Shown here: in pieces, positions 8,207 through 14,502 of the stretch
Numbering within the stretch: position 1 is the stretch's first letter
Layout: every line of letters starts with the position of its first letter
IMG/VR virus record: IMGVR_UViG_3300037851_000461
Span: 59,219 to 123,218 of that record
Origin: a virus
Taxonomy: Duplodnaviria > Heunggongvirae > Uroviricota > Caudoviricetes
Direction: 5' to 3' (one strand)
Length of the DNA: 64,000 nt
Position numbers and translations under genes: made by a program
Notes under the pieces: generated by a model
Databases searched by the model: none
Seen by the model: only the letters and a program-made list of their open reading frames with translations
What the model was told of the DNA's origin: nothing

Positions 8207-8290
8207 TGGAGCCAGAGTCGGAAGTCGAATCCGATGAAGTGATCTACTTCGTCACCGTAGCAGTAATTCCGCCGGGACAGCCCATGAGAA
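8207..8290 (-). other. tRNA-like element (T-arm TCGGA-TTCGACT-TCCGA, CCA encoded); cloverleaf not resolved
   Basis: T-arm and 3' acceptor only. Confidence 0.3.
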
Positions 8291-8296
8291 AAATGA

Positions 8297-8380
8297 TGGA
8301 CCGAACGGGAGTCGAACCCGATTGCATCTCTGGCATAAAGTTGGTGGGTATTCTCCACATTTCCAGATTACCTCTCGGGT
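8297..8380 (-). other. tRNA-like element (T-arm CGGG-TTCGACT-CCCG); acceptor imperfect
   Basis: T-arm and 3' acceptor; no clean 5' partner. Confidence 0.3.
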
Positions 8381-8395
8381 CTGGCGTCTTGTAGT

Positions 8396-8974
8396 TTAGA
8401 CGACATGCGTGGTAGCCGAGGTGGGACTCGAACCCACAACCCTTTCGGGAGAAGTTTTTGAGACTTCCGTGTATGCCGTTCCACCACTCGGCCACTTACT
8501 TTTTGGTCGCTTCCAACTGTCTGTAAGAGCATGGCAATTACAGCATAGAAGATTCAAATTTTTTTCTTCATTGTTTGTCTTGTCACCGTCAATGTGATGT
8601 ACTTCAAGCGGGATCGGCTCTCCCAACCACTCGGTACCATCACATCCTTCACATCGATGACCTCTCTTACGAATTAGATGCGGTTTGAGATGTGAACCCT
8701 TGGTGTAATCGGACCAATCTTTCAATTGCTGACCGGCGTTCCATCCTTGCCCGGTCCAGTGAGAAGTGTCAACTGAAAGACGTTGGAGGATTCTTTTCAT
8801 ATTTCCATAACTTCCCCCAGCAGGCTTCAAGTTCAATTCTTTTAGCAAACCTGCTAGACTCTTAACTCGTTTAGCCGCTTCTATCACATCATTATCGGTG
8901 TAGTTTCTATAAGTTCTCATACCAATAAGTATATGATAGGAAGACGTGTCTGTAAAGTAAAAAACGTCTTCCAA
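8396..8974 (-). CDS. HNH homing endonuclease; the 3' end reads through tRNA-Leu(CAA) on the same strand; first ATG at 8920
   Basis: HRCEGCDG...EVHHIDGDKTNNEEKNLNLLCCNCH HNH motif. Confidence 0.7.
   Translation of the reverse strand: MEDVFYFTDTSSYHILIGMRTYRNYTDNDVIEAAKRVKSLAGLLKELNLKPAGGSYGNMKRILQRLSVDTSHWTGQGWNAGQQLKDWSDYTKGSHLKPHLIRKRGHRCEGCDGTEWLGEPIPLEVHHIDGDKTNNEEKNLNLLCCNCHALTDSWKRPKSKWPSGGTAYTEVSKTSPERVVGSSPTSATTHVV
8410..8493 (-). tRNA. tRNA-Leu(CAA), class II
   Basis: GGCCGAG/CTCGGCT acceptor (one G-U); anticodon arm GAAGT-CTCAAAA-ACTTC; long variable arm; T-loop TTCGAGT; CCA encoded. Confidence 0.7.
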
Positions 8975-9082
8975 ATTCGTTGAGGAGGCACATCCCCCAA
9001 TCGATCATCGCCGACCGATCTTCCCTTGAACCGCTCAGAGGGTTTTGATGGCGATCCCTCCGCTAGAACGTCCTTTTGAAGT

Positions 9083-9157
9083 TGGTAGTCCCGGAGGGAT
9101 TCGCACCCCCACACTACGCTAATCAGGCATAGGTGCTGCTAATTACACTACGAGACC
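9083..9157 (-). tRNA. tRNA-Ile(GAT), T-loop TGCGAAT
   Basis: GGTCTCG/CGGGACT acceptor (two G-U); anticodon arm TATGC-CTGATTA-GCGTA; CCA encoded. Confidence 0.55.
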
Positions 9158-9253
9158 ATAAATGGAGTACCCAGCCCGTGTTAGGGGCAATTTTGACTTT
9201 ACACTCTTAACCTTTCGGGACGTGTTTTGCACTCAGAGTTAGGGCACATAAAT

Positions 9254-9340
9254 TGGTGCTGATGAGAGGATTCGAACCTCCACGGGTTACCCCACAACCT
9301 TCTCAGGATTGCGCGTGCTACCAAAGTTTCGCCACACCAG
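9254..9340 (-). tRNA. tRNA-Leu(GAG), class II, second copy
   Basis: GCTGGTG/CATCAGC acceptor (one G-U); D-stem GCG/CGC; anticodon arm CAATC-CTGAGAA-GGTTG; long variable arm; canonical T-loop; CCA encoded. Confidence 0.65.
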
Positions 9341-9346
9341 CATAAA

Positions 9347-9422
9347 TGGTACTCCGTGTAGGGATTGCACCTACCTGATGGCTGTGTGTAAGACAACCGT
9401 CCACTCTAGCAGACCCACGGAG
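9347..9422 (-). tRNA. tRNA-Val(TAC)-like, second copy, T-loop TGCAATC
   Basis: GCTCCGT/ACGGAGT acceptor (one G-U); anticodon arm GTTGT-CTTACAC-ACAGC; CCA encoded. Confidence 0.5.
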
Positions 9423-9435
9423 CATAAATTTGAAA

Positions 9436-9525
9436 TGGCGGAAGGCATCGGTCCCGACCCGAAGCGGTTATTAGCCGCCCAAGTGTTTAGCAAACACTGC
9501 CCACATCCCAGCGGGTTTACCTTCC
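9436..9525 (-). tRNA. tRNA-Ser(GCT), class II
   Basis: GGAAGGT/GCCTTCC acceptor; anticodon arm AGTGT-TTGCTAA-ACACT; long variable arm; CCA encoded. Confidence 0.7.
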
Positions 9526-9597
9526 ATTTTCTGCCCATCCGTTTCCGAAGACTGACAAGGGAGCGACCCTATGCTTACCGGTGAATCTGACAGAAAT

Positions 9598-9688
9598 GGC
9601 GGAGACGGTGAGATTCGAACTCACGGGGGCTTTTAGACCCCTTCGGTTTTCAAGACCGATGCAATAAACCACTCTACCACGTCTCCAA
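9598..9688 (-). tRNA. tRNA-Ser(TGA), class II
   Basis: GGAGACG/CGTCTCC acceptor exact; anticodon arm TCGGT-CTTGAAA-ACCGA; long variable arm; T-arm GTGAG-TTCGAAT-CTCAC; CCA encoded. Confidence 0.75.
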
Positions 9689-9691
9689 ATG

Positions 9692-9767
9692 GTGGACCCG
9701 ACAGGACTTGAACCTGCGACATCCTGCTTGCAAAGCAGATGCTCTTCCAACTGAGCTACGAGCCCAA
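9692..9767 (-). tRNA. tRNA-Ala(TGC) with G3:U70
   Basis: GGGCTCG/CGGGTCC acceptor; D-arm GCTCAGTTGGAAGAGC; anticodon arm TCTGC-TTTGCAA-GCAGG; T-loop TTCAAGT; CCA encoded. Confidence 0.7.
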
Positions 9768-9784
9768 ACATAACTAACGAAATG

Positions 9785-9860
9785 GGGTGATGCACGGGCT
9801 TTGCTCCCGTCCCCTCAGCTTCACAGGCTAATGTGCTAGACTACCCACACTCGCACCACC
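9785..9860 (-). tRNA. tRNA-His(GTG) with C73 discriminator; non-canonical T-loop AGCAAAG
   Basis: GTGGTGC/GCATCAC acceptor; anticodon arm TTAGC-CTGTGAA-GCTGA; CCA encoded. Confidence 0.6.
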
Positions 9861-9866
9861 ATAATG

Positions 9867-9942
9867 GTCCTCCGACCGGGATTCGAACCCGGAATTTCAG
9901 TTTCGTAGACTGATGTGATATCCAGTTTCACCATCAGAGGAT
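9867..9942 (-). tRNA. tRNA-Arg(ACG)
   Basis: CCTCTGA/TCGGAGG acceptor (one G-U); anticodon arm TCAGT-CTACGAA-ACTGA; T-arm CCGGG-TTCGAAT-CCCGG; CCA encoded. Confidence 0.7.
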
Positions 9943-9955
9943 TAAATTTGCATTG

Positions 9956-10047
9956 GTAGTTCTGCTCGGACTTGAACCGAGACACGGCCCACATCTAGGG
10001 CATACAGTTTATAAGGCTGTCGGTGCTACATTACACTACAGAACCAT
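9956..10047 (-). tRNA. class-II tRNA (92 nt) with anticodon loop CTTATAA (TAT?); identity unclear
   Basis: GGTTCTG/CAGAACT acceptor; D-stem GTG/CAC; long variable hairpin GCCC/GGGC; T-loop TTCAAGT; CCA encoded. Confidence 0.45.
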
Positions 10048-10176
10048 AAGAAAATCATGGATAGTTTTGTTCGGTCCACGATACTGTACACATACCGTTT
10101 TTCCCCTGTCTGTATCTACCCACATGTGAGCTACCCGACACGGTGCGCATCGTTGAGAGGCGTCGCGAGTCAAATG

Positions 10177-10255
10177 GTCTCCGTTGTAGGCGGTTTCACC
10201 CTACTTACACCACCTGCGTTGGTGGGGATTCCTTCGGCTTCATCTTAACGGAAAT
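10177..10255 (-). other. tRNA-like element with 9-nt T-loop and atypical anticodon loop (AACGCAG); possible pseudo-tRNA
   Basis: TTCCGTT/AACGGAG acceptor pairs; CCA encoded. Confidence 0.3.
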
Positions 10256-10257
10256 TG

Positions 10258-10335
10258 GTCGCCGGTGCACGACTCGCACGTGCTTTCTCCATCCTCCTAT
10301 GGATGGCAATTCGTTTACTTCATCCTCCCAGCGAA
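10258..10335 (-). other. tRNA-like element with 8-nt anticodon loop (CATAGGAG); T-loop TGCGAGT
   Basis: Acceptor pairs 6 of 7; stem CCATC/GATGG; CCA encoded. Confidence 0.3.
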
Positions 10336-10338
10336 ATG

Positions 10339-10416
10339 GTCGGAGTAGAGGGATTCGAACCCACGACCTTCTGCTCCCAAAGCAGACGCACTAGCCAGAC
10401 TGTGCTACACTCCGAA
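10339..10416 (-). tRNA. tRNA-Pro(TGG)
   Basis: CGGAGTG/TACTCCG acceptor (one G-U); D-arm GCACAGTCTGGCTAGTGCG; anticodon arm TCTGC-TTTGGGA-GCAGA; T-loop TTCGAAT; CCA encoded. Confidence 0.6.
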
Positions 10417-10496
10417 ACTATTCGATAGCGGATTGAAGCGCCCGCATTTCCACCTGAAATGGTGGCGTCCTTAACTCTTAGACGATATCGAAATTG

Positions 10497-10572
10497 GTGG
10501 TAGGCGTGGGTGCCGACCCCACTATCTCACGCTTATCAAGCGTGTGCTTTTGCTGCTAAGCTACCCTACCAT
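10497..10572 (-). tRNA. tRNA-Ile(GAT)-like, second copy; non-canonical T-loop GTCGGCA
   Basis: Acceptor pairs 6 of 7; D-stem GCT/AGC; anticodon arm CACGC-TTGATAA-GCGTG; CCA encoded. Confidence 0.45.
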
Positions 10573-10792
10573 TATTGGTCATCTCAGCCAGTTTCAATTA
10601 CCAGCAGCGACCAACAAATTGGAGCCGTCTGTGAGACTTGCACTCACTTTGACCTCGTTACAAGGGAGGTGCCTAACTATTCGAGCCAAGACGGCATATC
10701 AATCAAAACGTGATACCATTTCACTAAGCGCCAGTATAACCCCCGGCGTGGACCGCGATGAATCGAACACCGCAACTTTCTGATTGAAATTG

Positions 10793-10879
10793 GAAGCACG
10801 TACTGGAGTTGCACCAGTTATGGTTAGACCATGCTACTGCTTTGCAGGCAGACCCCTTACTGTTCGGGCAACGCGCTAT
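10793..10879 (-). tRNA. class-II tRNA (87 nt) with Cys-type anticodon loop CTGCAAA; T-loop TGCAACT
   Basis: AGCGCGT/ACGTGCT acceptor (one G-U); long variable hairpin CATGG/CCATA; CCA encoded. Confidence 0.45.
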
Positions 10880-10884
10880 GAATG

Positions 10885-10971
10885 GTGCCCCATGTAGGTA
10901 ACGCTCCTACCCGGCCCGAAGGCGATTGATTTACAGTCAATCCCACGTACTTTAGTGGTCTAATGAGGCGA
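10885..10971 (-). tRNA. tRNA-Tyr(GTA), class II; T-loop AGCGTTA
   Basis: GCCTCAT/ATGGGGC acceptor (one G-U); anticodon arm GATTGA-CTGTAAA-TCAATC; long variable arm GCC-TTCG-GGC; CCA encoded. Confidence 0.65.
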
Positions 10972-10998
10972 AAGTTTTAGGGTCACTTCCTACACACG

Positions 10999-11062
10999 GA
11001 TCATGTGGGAATCGAACCCACCTCTCCGGTTCAACAACCGGTATCCTTCCGATAGACGAATG
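10999..11062 (-). other. tRNA-like element (T-arm GTGGG-TTCGATT-CCCAC) with 6-nt anticodon-type loop; no acceptor partner, no CCA
   Basis: T-arm plus hairpin CCGGT-TGTTGA-ACCGG. Confidence 0.25.
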
Positions 11063-11133
11063 GTCCTCGGTCGCTCCCCTTCGGGTCACACTCGACATGT
11101 AGCTATCACATCAAATCACCCGTTGTACAAATG

Positions 11134-11215
11134 GCAGGAACGTGAGGATTCGAACCCCTTAGCCGAAGCGACTGTTTTGGAGACAGTGTGCAATCCCACT
11201 CGCGAGCGTTCCTAT
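11134..11215 (-). tRNA. tRNA-Trp(CCA), 82 nt with 11-nt variable loop
   Basis: AGGAACG/CGTTCCT acceptor exact; anticodon arm ACTGT-CTCCAAA-ACAGT; T-loop TTCGAAT; CCA encoded. Confidence 0.6.
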
Positions 11216-11221
11216 AAAATG

Positions 11222-11301
11222 GTCCCTCCAGCGGGGTTCGCACCCGCGACCTCCGGGGTTTCAATCCGGCGCTCTACGTTGATTCTGAGCTACAGAGGGA
11301 T
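11222..11301 (-). tRNA. tRNA-Phe(GAA)-like, second copy; T-loop TGCGAAC
   Basis: CCCTCTG/TGGAGGG acceptor (two G-U); D-arm GCTCAGAATCAACGTAGAGC; anticodon loop TTGAAAC; CCA encoded. Confidence 0.55.
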
Positions 11302-11851
11302 AATTTCTTCATTATCGGGGTATGGCACACTCTCAAATGAGTGTTGAATGGCCCATGCGGCGCGTTAGGGTCTCGTGACATGGTGACTCCATTATTAGCC
11401 AATTAACCGATCCAGTCGGACTCTGGTTAACGAAGAAATTGGTGCATCATCCCGGTAACGATCCGAGAACTCAAGTTTGGAAAACTCACGTGTATCCATT
11501 AACACCTATGATGCATATCCGTTGTGGGCATCGACTCCCATCTCTTGAAGGCTCAAATGCGATGTGCGGGGTGCCTTCCGTGCTGCCAGATAAATCTACT
11601 TCCCCTACCCTTTATGATATTGTGTTGTATTTCGACCGAAACGCCTGTCCAACCTTTCTGTTGGTTCACGTTTTTTATGGTTGCCCATCGCATTGTTGCG
11701 GTTCGGTTTACTTCTCAACCTTTACATATACTCTCAGTTACCTTGAAGTATCACATATACACTAAACGAAATTGGCTGCTGTAGTCACCTGTTCGGTAAC
11801 GTGTCGTCGATACTCGCGAGATTGGAAACGACGACTGACTCAGCAATGAAA

Positions 11852-11927
11852 TGGTAGCCCCTCCGGGTCACGATCCCGGCTCTTCTGCTTGAAAGGCAGA
11901 CGAACTCAACCATTATTCTAAGAGGCC
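11852..11927 (-). tRNA. tRNA-Glu(TTC); non-canonical T-loop ATCGTGA
   Basis: GGCCTCT/AGGGGCT acceptor (two G-U); anticodon arm TCTGC-CTTTCAA-GCAGA; CCA encoded. Confidence 0.55.
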
Positions 11928-11944
11928 ATAAAACTAACCGAAAG

Positions 11945-12019
11945 TGGTAGCCCGAGAGGGTTTCGATCCCTCTTCTCATGGGTGAAAACCAAGTATCCTA
12001 GCCACTAGACGACCGGGCC
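11945..12019 (-). tRNA. tRNA-Glu(TTC)-like, second copy; T-loop ATCGAAA
   Basis: GGCCCGG/TCGGGCT acceptor (two G-U); anticodon loop TTTTCAC; CCA encoded. Confidence 0.5.
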
Positions 12020-12031
12020 ACATAAAAGTAT

Positions 12032-12160
12032 TGTCAATCTTGGGACTTGAACCCAAAGGTCTGCCGAAGACTTAACGTGGAGTTGAACCACACACCGCCA
12101 TGGATGAGCGTTAGCTCACATTTGGATTTGAACCAAATCCGGTTCCGATTACCGATTGAC
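12032..12160 (-). other. 129-nt composite tRNA-like element: two T-arms (TTCAAAT and TTCAAGT) between perfectly complementary distal 7-mers (GTCAATC/GATTGAC)
   Basis: Outer acceptor-like pairing exact; internal 7-bp hairpin TGTGAGC-TAAC-GCTCATC; no CCA. Confidence 0.3.
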
Positions 12161-12164
12161 AAAG

Positions 12165-12238
12165 TGGCGGGATATGCGAGACTCGGACTCGCTTCTTTGA
12201 CGTGACAGGCCAATGTAATACCCATATACCAATACCCC
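12165..12238 (-). tRNA. tRNA-Asp(GTC); T-loop TCCGAGT
   Basis: GGGGTAT/ATATCCC acceptor (one G-U); D-stem GTA/TAC; anticodon arm TTGGC-CTGTCAC-GTCAA; CCA encoded. Confidence 0.6.
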
Positions 12239-12442
12239 GTGAAATTCATGATGCTAACGTCGAAGCACCAACCGGCGGGACTACCCACTGTTGTTTTTAA
12301 CCCTCGGGAGGTTAGAAATTAATCCGTGTTCCTTCACTACGCCAGACCACAACCGTCGTTATGCGTGGGCGAGGATTGCTACCAAAAGACGGGTGACAAT
12401 TGATTCCGTCAATAATGAACCCTTCTGCTCAGGAACACGAAA

Positions 12443-12528
12443 TGGTGGGAAAGGCAGGAATCGAACCTGCGATCCGTGCGGATTACATAGTTTACAGCTA
12501 TGCGCCTAGCCATTCGAGCGTCTCTCCC
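12443..12528 (-). tRNA. tRNA-Tyr(GTA), class II, second copy
   Basis: GGGAGAG/CTTTCCC acceptor (one G-U); anticodon arm CATAG-CTGTAAA-CTATG; long variable arm; T-arm GCAGG-TTCGATT-CCTGC; CCA encoded. Confidence 0.65.
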
Positions 12529-12542
12529 ATAAATCAAAAAAT

Positions 12543-12615
12543 TGGTGGACCAGATGGGAGTCGCACCCACCACACGAATCTTGCGAGGATTCATCGCCTC
12601 TACGGAACATGCCAG
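12543..12615 (-). other. tRNA-like element (T-arm GTGGG-TGCGACT-CCCAT, CCA encoded, hairpin GAATC-CTCGCAA-GATTC); 5' acceptor not found
   Basis: 3' two-thirds of a cloverleaf recognisable. Confidence 0.3.
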
Positions 12616-12770
12616 CCCATTGTCGGGGGTGCTTTTGCCCCCTCCGGTTAACCTTTGCGCACCGTGAGGTAGTAGTTTGACAGGGAAGCAGTCGCCGAAT
12701 TTTTGTATTCCCCGAGGTTTCGTTCACCTTATTGCCAAGCAAAGCTCGTGAACCTAACTGCCACTAATGA

Positions 12771-12847
12771 TGGTGGACCGTGCGGGTACCGCCCCCGCCT
12801 GATTTCAGTTTGCAAAACTGACGAACACTCTAGCATTCCCACAGCCC
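12771..12847 (-). tRNA. tRNA-Ala(TGC) with G3:U70, second copy; non-canonical T-loop GGCGGTA
   Basis: GGGCTGT/ACGGTCC acceptor; anticodon arm TCAGT-TTTGCAA-ACTGA; CCA encoded. Confidence 0.55.
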
Positions 12848-12919
12848 ATATAAATAACGTCGATACACAGGGGGTGAGACCTGTGCACGACGCTCACCCT
12901 AGCGAGGATGAGCGAAAAT

Positions 12920-12997
12920 TGGTGCCCCCACCGGGAGTCGAACCCGGTTTCCAAGATTGAGAATCTTGAGTCCTAACCCATCGTAGACGACAGGGGC
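12920..12997 (-). tRNA. tRNA-Glu(CTC)
   Basis: GCCCCTG/TGGGGGC acceptor (two G-U); anticodon arm CAAGA-TTCTCAA-TCTTG; T-arm CCGGG-TTCGACT-CCCGG; CCA encoded. Confidence 0.6.
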
Positions 12998-13197
12998 AGC
13001 GAGACACACTTTGTTTTCCTTGAATAGAAGAAGAAGTTTGCTGTTCGTGTCTCTAAATACTCGACCCGCTTTTGGTTCATGTTTGCGAATGAATTATTGT
13101 GATTGCTGTATGGGTCGAAAATGTTTTGGTGGATGGTCATATCGGCTGACTCGCTTGGTCCCAAGAGCCGATAAGCCCTCTTAGGGTCCACTCAAAC

Positions 13198-13276
13198 TGG
13201 CTGTGCAGGGTGGAATTGAACCACCTACGACGTAGTTTAACAGACTACCGGCATTCACCGATTTGCCTTCCGCACA
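13198..13276 (-). tRNA. tRNA-Asn(GTT), second copy
   Basis: TGTGCGG/CTGCACA acceptor (one G-U); D-arm GGCAAATCGGTGAATGCC; anticodon arm GTAGT-CTGTTAA-ACTAC; T-loop TTCAATT; CCA encoded. Confidence 0.65.
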
Positions 13277-13397
13277 ATGAAATTGGTGGACGCTATCGCG
13301 GCCCGGGCGTCGGTGTGTAATTCCGAAGGATGGGAAATTACTCCACCCCAAACACGTTGTTTTGAGCGCATCGAATGCGCTGTTCGACTAACTCAAA

Positions 13398-13485
13398 TGG
13401 TGCCTCGGAAGGGACTCGCACCCCCGTTGGTCTTTCGACATCCGCTTAAAAGGCGGGACTGATCGCTACTACAGGATACCGAGGC
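13398..13485 (-). tRNA. class-II tRNA (88 nt) with anticodon loop CTTTTAA (TTT?); T-loop TGCGAGT
   Basis: GCCTCGG/CCGAGGC acceptor exact; long variable hairpin GTC-GAAA-GAC; CCA encoded. Confidence 0.45.
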
Positions 13486-13559
13486 ATTGAAAGAAAATGT
13501 GAGGCGACGGCCTCCACGGCGGTCTCTTACGTCGGGAGTGTATGCCCGAACCTCGCGAT

Positions 13560-13635
13560 TGGCTGCCCCGGTTGGACTCGAACCAACGTCCTACGGTTTC
13601 AAAGACCGATATAATAGCCGCTATACGACAGGGCA
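13560..13635 (-). tRNA. tRNA-Gln(TTG), second copy
   Basis: TGCCCTG/CGGGGCA acceptor (one G-U); anticodon loop CTTTGAA; T-arm GTTGG-TTCGAGT-CCAAC; CCA encoded. Confidence 0.6.
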
Positions 13636-13701
13636 ATAAAGTATCTCCGTGAGCGACGGGTTTGCGCCGCCTATCCGCACAGACACGGAACCCACGAAAA
13701 A

Positions 13702-13775
13702 TGGCTGCTCGAACTGGACTCGCACCAATACAAGATGGTTAACAGCCATCCGTGCTACTTTAACACTACCGAGCA
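13702..13775 (-). tRNA. tRNA with anticodon loop CTGTTAA (Asn GTT), third copy; T-loop TGCGAGT
   Basis: TGCTCGG/TCGAGCA acceptor (one G-U); D-stem GTG/CAC; anticodon arm GATGG-CTGTTAA-CCATC; CCA encoded. Confidence 0.55.
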
Positions 13776-13782
13776 ATGAAAG

Positions 13783-13857
13783 TGGTGGACCATCCCGGAA
13801 TCGAACCGAGTTCTCAAGGTTAAGAGCCTAGAGCATCACCATTTATGCTTATGATCC
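13783..13857 (-). tRNA. tRNA-Lys(CTT), second copy
   Basis: GGATCAT/ATGGTCC acceptor (one G-U); anticodon loop CTCTTAA; T-arm CTCGG-TTCGATT-CCGGG; CCA encoded. Confidence 0.6.
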
Positions 13858-14120
13858 ATGTTGGCGTTCACATCGTATTTCTACGGAAAGAACGCCAGAT
13901 TTGTCTGATTGTTCTAAATGCCTACCACAGCGGGTGGCATTGACTGAAACCGAAGTTTCCCGTCAGACGACTAACAAAGAACCTGTCAACCCTTATTCAC
14001 TTTTCGGTTTCCCGATGAAGTGGCGGATTAGGGTTTACCTCATATCCGTTCGTTTATTCGTTGATTGACCTCGGCTCAACGATTATTTGAAAGCCTCTTG
14101 AAAGTGAAAGTGAAATTTTT

Positions 14121-14156
14121 TAGAACAAAAAAGCCCGAAGGTTTTTCTACCTCGGG
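14121..14156 (-). terminator. Rho-independent terminator for minus-strand transcripts
   Basis: 9-bp hairpin GCCCGAAGG...CCTCGGGC followed on the minus strand by a T-run (TTTTTTGTTC). Confidence 0.55.
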
Positions 14157-14502
14157 CTCCAAGAATGAGTGAAATTGAATTTCAGGTCTTCTTAGAACCC
14201 GGTTCCTTTTGGTTGATTATCTTCGGCGATAAACCCTGCGAGGAACACGGATGCAGCACAGCGATATGGGGCGACCCATAGTGTTGACTGCTTCGACATG
14301 TTGTGCGTGGAGTTCATTGAAGATAATTGTTGGTTGTTATGGATAAATATGGAGGCGATTTGGAAAATGTCAAGGTTCTTTCGAAGATTTTTTGGAAATT
14401 TCTTTTTGAGTTGCTTGGCGCTTTCTACGTCGGTTGTTGATTAACTGATGAGTTGAGATTGCAGGCTTTTCTGGCGTTTGTCAAGACTTTCGACCAAAAA
14501 AG

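Noticed and set aside
12241-12440. Possible tRNA in the gap before 12443.
   Set aside because: No T-arm or acceptor pairing was found; only a CCTCGGGAGG hairpin is present.
2100-13831. Dozens of short plus- and minus-strand ORFs across the tRNA array, including ones containing GFEP, WDSNP and GIRTH peptides.
   Set aside because: They are translations of tRNA T-arm (GGGATTCGAACCC) and acceptor sequences, not proteins.
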